NCBI GenBank assembly: GCA_051362555.1
Contig: CM120640.1
Span: forward strand, 372,001 to 436,000
DNA from: Lingula anatina
Lineage: Eukaryota > Animalia > Brachiopoda
DNA length: 64,000 bases
Direction: 5' to 3'
Part shown: in pieces, positions 11,524 to 23,700 of the stretch
Layout of the letters: every line of letters starts with the position of its first letter
How positions within the stretch are numbered: the stretch's first letter is position 1
Position numbers and translations under genes: made by a program
Notes under the pieces: model-generated
The model's input: the letters and a program-made list of their open reading frames with translations, nothing else
The model's database searches: none
Told to the model about the DNA's origin: nothing

Positions 11524-14500
11524 TGAAAGTGTTCTACATGGATCAGACACGGAGGAGAGTGGGGAGTGATAATAATGTATATTTGACTCTGTATGGATCC
11601 TGCTGAATAGTTGAACTACAAGTTAGAAATATCATAGTTAACTTTTTTGGTTAAATTTAAATTGACTTTCAAGGAATAGATCATCAATAGGAGAAGTGTT
11701 TGCATCAAGCAGTTTCAAGATGTATCTTCCTAGTGTTCTGATAATGCAAAAGGAAGCATGTGGTACAGGAAAAAATAAACTTAAACCCTAAGAATAGTTT
11801 TAAAAAAGGAGAAAATTTGGTTTGGGAACATTAGTTATAAAAATGTTTTTGAAAAAATTCTTAATGCTGAACACGAAGGTAAATGCTTAAGAAAAATGAT
11901 ATTTCATGTCATATGGTTCCAGTTAACATTTGCAAGTATAGTTAAATAAAATCATTAAATTTTCTTTTTGATGAAATGAGATGTTGGATTATAGTATTAA
12001 CAAAAAGTACTTGATACATAGTAATTATGGGTATGTTTATGTTCCTGTAATTTGAACATCCTAAAAAGTCACAAACTGTGATGATAAATGACTTAATGAA
12101 ACCATTGTATTTTAAATCTAAGAAGAGGGATATTGTGTACATTATGATATCCAGTATCTAGAGAAGATGTCCAGTATCTAGAGAGGATGTCCATTTTCTA
12201 ACTGCACGCAGCATCCATAACTGCTTTCTGAATTTTGTTATGTATGTATATGTGTGTGAGTTTGTATGTATGTGCATGCATGTATATGTGTTCACATGGT
12301 CACACCCCTGGAACTGTGTTCTTGCTAAAAAGATCTGTAAATTGTTTAATTTCATATAGGTTTATATGTACCCATTGCCAGAAAGAAGTGATACTTGAAA
12401 TTTTACTCACTATTAGAGTACACGTTGATTTTCCAAACATTTAACCAAGCTCTAGTGGCAATAATGTTAAAATCAGACAACAAATGTTTTCAACAGCCAA
12501 ATATTTCCTGTATAACCTAATAGCACTACACAGAATACTGATGATGGTGAGACGAGCTAATTTTGATAGCTGAGAACTCCACAAGAATTTGACTGTTAAT
12601 ATATAAGTAAACTGGTCGTTATGTGTTTTTAAGGGTCGGGTAATTAAAATGTTTTTTGTTAATGTTATGTTATAGGGCTAATTTTGTACTATGGGAGAAA
12701 ATGATGAGGATATGGTGATTTTCACATGGCAAGTCTTCATAAACAGTAGAATGATAAGTTGGTAAACGGGTTTAGTAGTGCTCAGTGTTGTCTTATATCC
12801 TGCAGATGATAGGATTTGAAAAGCTGTCGTGTTATGTCTTTTAATGATGAAATATATTGTTTTGTTTATCAGTTAAAACCTTGAATTTAAGTCATGGTTG
12901 GTGTTACACGAAAAGTATACGGTCTACTACCCGCACCAGATGATCTAGATCAGTGTCCTTTGTGATTGTCGTCCAGTAAGTCCTTGAGGTGATTGAACCA
13001 TTGTTGTCCCCAACACTGACAAATAAACTCTCGACAACTGAATCTTGTGTGTTTCTGTATTCCTGACGTCTGTGGATTTTGAATTAACAATCGAAATAAA
13101 TAGAAACGAGATTTTGTGAGATCGCCTGCCGGAAGACCTTACACGTGCACTGATAAGACGTGTTCTTCTCGGAACGCCTGAGAGAAAGAATTGAGAACAA
13201 AGGTCCGAAACTTGTAATAATTCTATTACATTTAACAGGTGCAGTTTATGATTAAGTAGAAATCCGTTCTAGGCTCCAAACTAGTTATTCTTGGCAAACT
13301 CGTGTACTATATAGTGTGAAAGAGGGGCGGAGTAAATGCTTTTGAAAAAAAAGGCCGTTCAGGCTGAGACGGCGGCATAGAGGACGTCACGAGCGACTAG
13401 ACCTTGTTGACATGTCTTTGGTAATCCCCTAAGTCTAATCAAGGAGTTATAACTCCTTGGTCTAATGGTAAATAGAAATGGCACCGGCATAAAATATAGA
13501 GGCCTATTGCTACCAACGTTGATTGATGTCAAAGTATTTTTTTACAATAAATGCTTACGCCATATGTCCAATAAAATATCAAAAATTATACCCGCATTTC
13601 TCGATTTTGTCATATCTTTTCCCCTAGCTACAGCCCCCATAGACCTAAAGCTATTGTTAGTTTTTTGGTCTTGTCGCAATAACGAATGCAGAAAGATAAT
13701 AAAAAAGATACAAAAAAGACATGCCAGCGATATTTTATTGTGAAAGCGTTTTTCTGACACCAAAGCCAACGTTTTGCCTGTATAAGAACGACCGTTCATG
13801 TTGTATATGACCTTCATGATACGGTGGTTTACGTATAAATTATCTGGCAGAAATAGTTTTTGAAATTATTTCTCAATCATTCTATTACTATTGTTACTTG
13901 CAATAAATAGTGGCAAAAGTCAATGACTAAACTATACATAACAATGCGTTCCAAATGTGCTGCAATTGCTCAAAAACGGGCTGTCGCGGTGATCTCTAAC
14001 TGAACAAGAATTCTCGAATGCGTTTTACATGTACCTGAAACGGTCCATTTTATCTAAATTAAAATTCTCTATAAATATCGTTATCGTAAACGAGAACTAA
14101 TTAACATTATTGAAGGTCCGACTGCGCCACCAAGCGCTCCTTATTGTTAATCTTTTCTTTCTGCTTATTTATTAATAAATTTAATCAGTTATATTGCGTT
14201 CACTACGGTGCCTTTCACTCTCTGCTGAAAAAGAAATACTTTTTAAGCTACTCCGACTTAAAACTGGGAACTACAAAGAGCTAAGAGAGCTAAACATTTT
14301 GGACTATCGCGCAATGCCTTGTGTCACTTTGTCTTTATAGATTTAAAATGCTTGATCGTCGAAATATTTCAGTTCAAATTCGATCCCTTGTTAACGATTG
14401 TTAAATGTATTGTGGATTGCACGCAGAAGGGAAGGGCATGCTGTCATTGGCGTCTAGCAGCAATGAAATAAATTGTCTGAGACTACTTTTTTAAAGCAGA

Positions 14501-15077
14501 GATATTAATAAATGTGAGTTGTGTTCGAAATGTTTTCCGTGTTTTATGAGACCATCAAACCTCTTTACACATAGGCCCTACTAATATATAATGTGCGTTT
14601 CCAGTGTAGGTTCCCCAGCGTACAGGGGGTAGAGGAAATACCTTCACGAACAATTAATGGTCATATCGTTTTCACTTGCCGGTAGTTATCAACGCAGTCG
14701 GCATGGCAACTGGGTGTAGGGCGCACTGAACCTATGTATCACAAGACTGAAATGGAAATACAATCCATAATGGAATAGAAAGGCAGCATATCTGATTTGG
14801 GTTGGACGAGGGCCAGTAAAACTGTATTTGTTGTCTTTTCTTTGTGTTGTTTTTCATTCTTTTTTGGGATTCTAGCCGATAATATCTGAGAAGTACTGTG
14901 CGATATCTTTTGAAAAGAGTGCTGGAATAAACGCTTACTTTCTCCTGGAAAAGTTGATGAAAACTCTCATGAGACATATTTAGGATGAGGCAGAAGGTAG
15001 CCAAGGAAAGCTTTGCCCATGTAACAATGGGTCACACAAAGTAAACGTCACACACAGACGTGGACACGTCACAAACG

Positions 15078-16182
15078 ATGTATATCCGGAAGACGTCGTT
15101 ACCAAGGAAACAGAAAAAAGTAAACTGTGCTAAACAAGAAGATACACGGATCATCGGAAAACATGTCAGCAAACAAGAACCCACCGTCTTAAGAAATAAA
15201 GACGGGCGATCATGGATTCCTACCGCGGCGACAATGCAGTTCTTGAACACAGACGTCGACGCTCCTCTCTCCCGGCTTTTTGTGTGGCAAAGATTGTATG
15301 AAAACACGTTCTTTAATCCCAAGCCAAAATTTACAAGTAAGTTGTCTTTGAAGTAGGCTTAATACATGAACCAGTTCAAGGTTTGCAGGGTGAATATTCT
15401 AGTTCTTAATTTAACACAGTGAGTGATCCAGAATCTAAAGGTCGACTTTAGCATTTTAACCGAAAATAATTCATATAACATTTTAAATCTGTATAATAAT
15501 TCTGATCGTTTTGCTCATTTCATGTTCTTGAGTTTTCTACATAGTTCAGTTGGTATATCGTTTATTTGTTTTAAAGTTTCCTAGTGATTCTCAGTTCTTC
15601 ACTTCTGGTTTAGGTGCAGATTATGCAGAACGTTGCGGAAAGAAATCAGCGCAAATTAACATGGACAGATTATGTGTAGTGAACAAGAAATCCACACTAC
15701 ACCCCTATCACCGAGCTCTGAACAACGCTAAACTTCATTACCAAACAGAACAGTTTTACTCAAACTTGGAAAATAATTGCGACACTTTTCCCGAGAGATG
15801 GAAACCTCCCGTCAAAGAAAAATCCCCAGTGCGACGGTTTCCTCTTCTTGCACCAATCACACCTCCGACAACTAAAACAATTGCCAAAAAGACTCGTTAT
15901 CCAGCTTACGATTCCAACGGTCGACCGCTGCCTAGAAGACCCGCCAATGCGACACACCAAGCGGATCCCGCTCCAATTTCAGAGTTTGAAAATCTCCATC
16001 CTACCTTCTGCGTTCTCAGTCGGGACGGGTCTGCTGACCAGCTGGCTTATTATCGTCACCGCTTTCCTTTATTACTCAAAATTATCAAGGGAGATAACGT
16101 GACGGATCCATCCAGACCTAATACCGGATTACCAAGACAGGTCACCGGATTAACCACCAGGCCTAAAACATCCGATAAATAG
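15078..16182 (+). CDS. Uncharacterised basic, Pro/Arg-rich protein (~275 aa), two coding exons
   Basis: Exons 15078-15336 (donor ACAA|GTAAGT) and 15614-16182 (acceptor ggtttag|GT) join in frame (828 nt); AATAAA at 16239; no recognisable domain. Confidence 0.65.
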
Positions 16183-17293
16183 CTGTAACGGATCCTTCGG
16201 ACGACCAGTAACAGGAGCATCGAGTTAAAACACATTTGAATAAAACTTGCTGTTATAATACACTAAGAGGTTTATTAGATCTTAGTAATACGCAATTGTT
16301 TGCTGAATTATTTAAAAAGAGAAAGGCAAAATTTATGAATAATGTAACAAAGCACATCATTTAAACATGTTTACTATGTGTTTATTCTCAAGTAGAAAAA
16401 GGACTTATCTTTTTTTATTTGAGCAAAGTCGCAATGGATGGATTCTCATTAGTATCACAGTAAAAACAAATTACTTTTAAAACTCACAAATAAGTAAAAC
16501 ATCGACCCCCTCAAAATGTATGCAATTTATAATTTTTGTAATATTTTACGTTTTGACAATAAGTAGAATTCAGTACTAATATCGTTTTAACAATGAAGAA
16601 CCCTCATGATGTGACGACTGAAATGACTACACATTAAAATCAGTTTTCTCTCTTTTCTTACTGCTTTTGACGTGGACTTTTAACGTGGACTTTATCATCT
16701 GGGTCTTAATCTGGCCGAACAGAAAGATCATAAAAACTTCTATATCACAATCTTCAGAAGTCAAATGTCCGTATCTCCTCCTTTGTAATGAATTCTGTTA
16801 GTACAATGTAAACTAAATTGTACAGCTTTGTGAGCCAAATAACCACTTTGTAAACCTCATACTGAACATATTGCTTACCAGAAATTGACCAAAAAGAACA
16901 AATTCTGGAACAATATTAAGGTCGTTCACTTATAAAAAGTGGAAATCGACTGATTCAGAAGATATAATTCCAGTGTTGTCATGCTGGTGTCATTTCAGCA
17001 GTTTTTAAAAAGTCTGGAAATGTCCTGTCATCACATAACTCACAGTTCAATGTATACTGGACAGTTTCATTTCATGAATTATATACATGTATTCTAATTC
17101 ATCAGAGAAGTTGAATCACTGTATAAGTTTTTTCAAGACACCTTTTTATCAGTCAGATTTTAAGAGATAGTGATTTCCCAACTCCTGTCCAAATGATGTT
17201 CAATCTGTTATATAATAGCAACCAAATTTAAAGCAGACACAATGTCTGTTGATAACTATTGGCTCTCAGCAATCTGATCATCCATAAGTATCA

Positions 17294-17733
17294 GGTCAAT
17301 TGGTCAGTGTCTGCGGCCTGATACTTAAGCTGTGCCTACTGGAGTGTTATGTGTATGATGGGACTGCCTGGTTTCATCATGTCTGGATGGAATAGTGGAC
17401 ATTGGTCAATTGGTCAGTGTCTGCGGCCTGATACTTTAGCTGTGCCTACTGGAGTGTTATGTGTATGATGGGACTGCCTGGTCTCATCATGTCTGGATGG
17501 AATAGTGGACATTGGTCAATTGGTCAGTGTCTGCGACCTGATACTTTAGCTGTGCCTACTGGAGTGTTATGTGTATGATGGGACTGCCTGGTCTCATCAT
17601 GTCTGGATGGAATAGTGGACATTGGTCAATTGGTCAGTGTCTGCGGCCTGATACTTTAGCTGTACCTACTGGAGTGTTATGTGTATGGTGAGACTGCCTG
17701 GTTTCATCATGTCTGGATGGAATAGTGGACAGT
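17294..17733. repeat. Tandem repeat, 110 bp x4, spanning the MFI stop codon
   Basis: Units start at 17294, 17404, 17514, 17624; the last (first in transcript direction) encodes STIPSRHDETRQSHHTHNTPVGTAKVSGRRH-stop. Confidence 0.93.
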
Positions 17734-20700
17734 GTCAGTTCAAAGGGGTCGGAGGGACTGGCAAACAGGTGCATCTTCTCTTCTGGAAATATAATATTGA
17801 ACAATGAGAAAAAATGATGCATTCTGATTAAAGGTCAAGAATGCCCCAAGACGTGATACTCATAGCCAGAATATTTAAACTTTATAAGAACTAAGAATAC
17901 AAGAATATTGTTCAAAATATGAAGGAAAATAAAAAAACATCACAATGCTTACCAATGACTCTCTCAGATTTTGCAGTTGTAGCAACTTCTTTCCAACCAG
18001 ATAAATAACTGAAATACAGTAAGTATGAATAAATTAAATATATTTTAAAACAAATAATTAAAGTAGATAATAATGGGTTGGTATTGGTATGGACTACACA
18101 AGAGTCACCAACAAACAAACAAACAAATTTATTAAGCAATAATTCTGCTATCTAAAGTTGTCCTTAAATAATAATAAGACATACATGTAAATAAGAAATG
18201 ATATTCTGCAGTTCTTGAATAATAATTAGACATATATGTAAATAAGAAATGATATTCTGCAGTTCTTGAATAATAATTAGACATATATGTAAATAAGAAA
18301 TGATATTCTGCAGTTCTTGAATAATAATTAGACATATATGTAAATAAGAAATGATATTCTGCAGTTTTTGAATAATAATTAGACATATATGTAAATAAGA
18401 AATGATATTCTGCAGTTCTTGAATAATAATTAGACATATATGTAAATAAGAAATGATATTCTGCAGTTCTTAAATAATAATTAGACATATATGTAAACTA
18501 GAGGATCAGAGAGGCGATACCGCCTCCGAATATTGTACCACCAGCTGGAGCAAGCGCATTCGTATAGACCCCCCACATACACAAAATAAGGGACACAGCC
18601 ACCAGTCTTATGCTTGACAAGCTATAAAAATGCAATCAACAAGAATTTTCAAAATACGCAAAAAATATATATAACTTAAAATGGTACAATCAAAGTTAAG
18701 TTAAGGTAGGTCAAAGGTCAATTTCAAGGTCACAGTAAATTGCCAGTATATGACTTTCTATTCAACTACAATAGTAACTATGGACCTATCTCTGCCAGGT
18801 TTGGAGTTAAAAGAGAAAGAAATTAGCAGAGTTCAGTTCATGATTATAAGTAGGTCAAAGGTCAATTTCAAGGTCACACTTAGATTGCCAGTATATGACT
18901 TCCTATTCAAGTTCAAAAGTAACTATGGACCTATGCCTGCTTTGCCAAGCCTTATGTTTTATTTTTCCGGAGTTCAAAATTTATTATCCATTACCGTACT
19001 GCACATTTTGCTTTAACCACCAAAATGTACTTTTTGATACAGTGTAACTTTGGAGATAAAAGGGAAGCAAAATTTGCAAGGTTCAGTTCATGATGAAAAG
19101 TAGGTCAAAGGTCAATTTCAAGGTCACAGTAAGATTGCCAGTATATGACTTCCTATTCAAGTTCAATAGTAACTATGGACCTATCTCTGCCAGTTTTGGA
19201 GATAAAAGGGAACCAAAATTTGCAAAGTTCAACTCATGGTGAAAAGTAGGTCAAAGGTCAATTTCAAAGTCACATTTAGATTGCCAGTATATGACTTTCC
19301 ATTCAAGTTTAGTAACTAAGGACCTATCTCTGCCAGTTTTGGAGATATAAGGGACTAAATGTTATAATTTTGGAGTTACCATAATGTGCCATAAATTTCC
19401 TACAGAAAAAAATTAATTAAAATAAAGAAAAGGTCATTTTGGTCAAAATTCTTGAAATGGAAGGTGCTCTGAAGTTCCAGATGTTCTAATTTGATGAAAT
19501 AATGTCATTTTTGACCACAAGTTGTCTGCTTTGCCAAGCCTTATTCCGGAGTTCAAAATTTATTATCTATTACTGTACTGCACATTTTGCTTTAACCACC
19601 AATATGTACTTTTTGATACAGCGTAACTTTGGAGATAAAAGGGAAGCAAAATTTGCAAAGTTCAGTTCATGGTGAAAAGTAGGTCAAAGGTCAATTTTAG
19701 AGTCACATTTAGATTGCCAGTATATGACTTCCTATTCAACTTCAATAGTAACTATGGACCTATCTCTGCCAGTTTTGGAGATAAAAGGGAAGCAAAATTT
19801 GCAAAGTTCATTTCATGGTGAAAAGTAGGTCAAAGGTCAATTTCAAGGTCACAGTAAGGTTGCCAGTATATGACTTCCTATTCAACTTCAATAGTAACTA
19901 TGGACCTATCTCTGCCAGTTTTGGAGATATAAGGGACTAAGGCTTCGTTTACATGGAATGTCTATTTTCTAAAAATCTTTTTTCTATTCGCGCTATCTTA
20001 TGATCACAGTCTATGCCCTGAATATCCCGCCACGTAATTACTGGCAGCACGAGCCAGTTACTTAAAGTAACTTATAGTAACTGGCTCGCGCTGCCTGTAA
20101 TTACGCCGAGGGATATTCAGGGCACAGACCATGATCACAACACATGCCGTGAATAGAAAATAGAATTTAGAAAAAAAGACATTGCATGTGAACGAAGCCT
20201 AAATGTTATAATTTTGGAGTTACCATAATGTACCATAAATTTCCTATTATCCCACAAGTTGTCTGCTTTGCCAAGCCTTATTCCGGAGTTCAAAATTTAT
20301 TATCCATTACCGTACTGCACATTTTGCTTTAACCACCAAAATGTACTTTTTGATACAGCGTAACTTTGGAGATAAAAGGGAAGCAAAATTTGCAAGGTTC
20401 AGTTCATGATGAAAAGTAGGTCAAAGGTCAATTTCAAGGTCACAGTAAGATTGCCAGTTCATGACTTCCTACTCAACTTCAAATGTAACTATGGACTTAT
20501 CTCTGCCAGTTTTGGAGATATAAGGGACTAAATGTTATAATTTTGGAGTTACCATAATGTCCCATAAATTTCCTACGGAAAAAATTAATTAAAATAAAGA
20601 AAAGGTCATTTTGGTAAAAATTCTTGAAATGGGAGGTGCTCTGAAGTTCCAGATGTTCAGATTTGATGAAATAATGTCATTTTTGACCACAAGTTGCCTG

Positions 20701-23700
20701 CTTTGCCAAGCCTTATGTTTTATTTTTCCGGAGTTCAAAATTTATTATCCATTACCGTACTGCACATTTTGCTTTAACCACCAAAATGTACTTTTTGATA
20801 CAGTGTAACTTTGGAGATAAAAGGGAAGCAAAATTTGCAAGGTTCAGTTCATGATGAAAAGTAGGTCAAAGGTCAATTTCAAGGTCACAGTAAGATTGCC
20901 AGTATATGACTTCCTATTCAAGTTCAATAGTAACTATGGACCTATCTCTGCCAGTTTTGTAGATAAAAGGGAACCAAAATTTGCAAAGCTCAATTCATGA
21001 TAAAAAGTAGGTCAAAGGTCAATTTCAAGGTCACAGTAAGATTGCCAGAACATGACTTCCTATTCAACTTCAATAGTAACTATGGACCTATGTCTGCCAG
21101 TTTTGGAGATATAAGGGACTAAATGTTATAATTTTGGAGTTACCATAATGTGCCATAAATTTCCTACGGAAAAAATTAATTAAAATACAGAAAAGTTCAT
21201 TTTGGAAAAAAAAAACCTTGGAATGGGAGGTGCTCTGAAGTTCCAGATGTTCAAATTTGATGAAATAATGTCATTTTCGACCACAAGTTGCCTGCTTTGC
21301 CAAGCCTTATGTTTTATTTTTCCGGAGTTCAAAATTTATTATCCATTACCGTACTGCACATTTTGCTTTAACCACCAAAATGTACTTTTTGATACAGTGT
21401 AACTTTGGAGATAAAAGGGAAGCAAAATTTGCAAGGTTCAGTTCATGATGAAAAGTAGGTCAAAGGTCAATTTCAAGGTCACAGTAAGATTGCCAGTATA
21501 TGACTTCCTATTCAAGTTCAATAGTAACTATGGACCTATCTCTGCCAGTTTTGGAGATAAAAGGGAACCAAAATTTGCAAAGCTCAATTCATGATAAAAA
21601 GTAGGTCAAAGGTCAATTTCAAGGTCACATTTAGATTGCCAGTATATGACTTCCTATTCAACTTCAATAGTAACTATGGACCTATGTCTGCCAGTTTTGG
21701 AGATATAAGGGACTAAATGTTATAATTTCGGAGTTACCTAAATGTGCCATAAATTTCCTACAAAAAAAATTAATTAAAATAAAGAAAAGGTCATTTTGGT
21801 AAAAATTCTTGAAATGGGAGGTGCTCTGCAGTTCCAGAAGTTCAAATTTGATGAAATAATGTCATTTTTGACCACAAGTTGTCTGCTTTGCCAAGCCTTA
21901 TGTTTTATTTTTCCAGAGTTCAAAATTTATTATCCATTACCGTACTGCACATTTTGCTTTCACCACCAATATGTACTTTTTGATACAGCGTAACTCGAAA
22001 ACCGTATGGAATACAAAAAAACGGAGACCACCTCCAGTGTTGGGCTTTACATGCTCTACAAAATGCAAAAAAGAATGGGTCTCTAGCATTAACGGTTCCC
22101 GAATTACAGACAGTTTTCAGTTTCGGTATCTTATGGCCGCTACACCCGTGAAAATGCACCGATTGACCCCAAATTCACACAGATGAAAGATGACCTGAAG
22201 GGTAATATTTTCCAATAATTTTATTGGTTAAGTCTGTGTGGTGTCTGAATAACAGCGCAAATAAATTTTTTTTCATAAAAAAATTCATTTTTTTGAAAAT
22301 TTTTGCCCGTTTGACCTTGAAATAAAGGTCAAAGGTCAAATCCAAGGGCATATTTGAAATCTACACATATGACTTTTGGAAAGCCGTCTGTAGAAATTTT
22401 TCCCATAATTCCTTCCGTAGGGTAGATAATTAGCATTTAATTTTGCCATTTTTGGACAAGGGTGCATTGCAATGAGTGCCACACCTAGACCCCAATACCG
22501 ACAAAGCCCAAATTTTACGTGGAACGAGTTGAGATTATAGGTGACCTAAATCCAAGAGATGGGTATGGGGGCCCTTACCGTCTAGGAGGAGAAGCGGTAA
22601 CGGTAACATGGCGGCGGAGCCGCAGGAGCCGGCGGAACGGACCGGACGGGACTAAAACCATGTGTACTGCCAGCGCTAACGCTGGTGGTACAATAAGAAA
22701 TGATATTTTGAAGTTCAGCTGTCTGGGTGACTTCTGATGACATAGAGCCATATTTAAGCCTATATTGACCGCAACCCTGTAGTCAGCAATTTTAAAGGCC
22801 GTATTGTATCAGATCTGACTGCTGGGTTAAACCATAGAAGGATTACACAGAGTTTCTTCAAATGGTGGCTTAAGGGTGTTGTAACCTTTTATTATCATCC
22901 AGATACTGGTGTTTGTGGGTACTCAGGTAAAGGAGAAATTGGAGAAACCCGTTTCTTTCAATTTTTATCCCAAAACTGCAATAATGATGTCACCTGTGAA
23001 ATGACGTGTGAAAATGTTAATGCAGACCATACGCTTGAACACACTTTAAGTGGCTATCTGTGACCTACTCATCAAAGTTAAGACTAGTTGTCCAGTCCAG
23101 CAGTTCGTCCACCTCCCAGTCCTGGACGGCGTCCAGACCCTCTCTGTTGATAGTGTCCACCATGCCTGCTGCAGCGCCCTCTATCAGCTCTTTGGTCTCG
23201 TTGTCTTCAGTGCGTGCCTTCAGCAGACCATTTTTATACCTGCAGTCACAGGATGGAAATGAACTCACAACTGCCAAGGCTTGCATATAGAAGAGTTTTC
23301 CAGGATAATTTTATGACAGCAGAAAAATAAGTAAAGAAAAATTTCTTTTCAAATTGTCATTAATTAATTAATTAATAAAACAGAAAAACACTTAGCAGAA
23401 CATGGCCCCCCTAAAAATGCAACTGAACAAAAATTAAACTGAAAAAGTTCTTGGGCTTTTCAATTTAATAAAATCCCACATTGGTAAATGATAAGGGAAT
23501 AAAAGTTTATACTTACATTGTTTTCATCCATTCAATTTTTTTCTGCTTTTTTTTCTTCTCCACATCTTGACGTCTTTGTAGCTATAAAACCAAGTAAAAA
23601 TATTTATGTATTGAAAATATTTCACTTATGCTGAAACACCAACCTGTCATTTCAATACATATTCACAGTGATGTCCACTCATAGAAAGCTGGTAAAAATC

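Noticed and set aside
13400-13820. Possible transposon fragment and 91-92 aa ORFs
   Set aside because: No termini, TSD or recognisable domain.
20611-22186. Repeated 65-aa ORFs (MGGALKFQMF...)
   Set aside because: Products of the satellite units inside the Helentron-type element.
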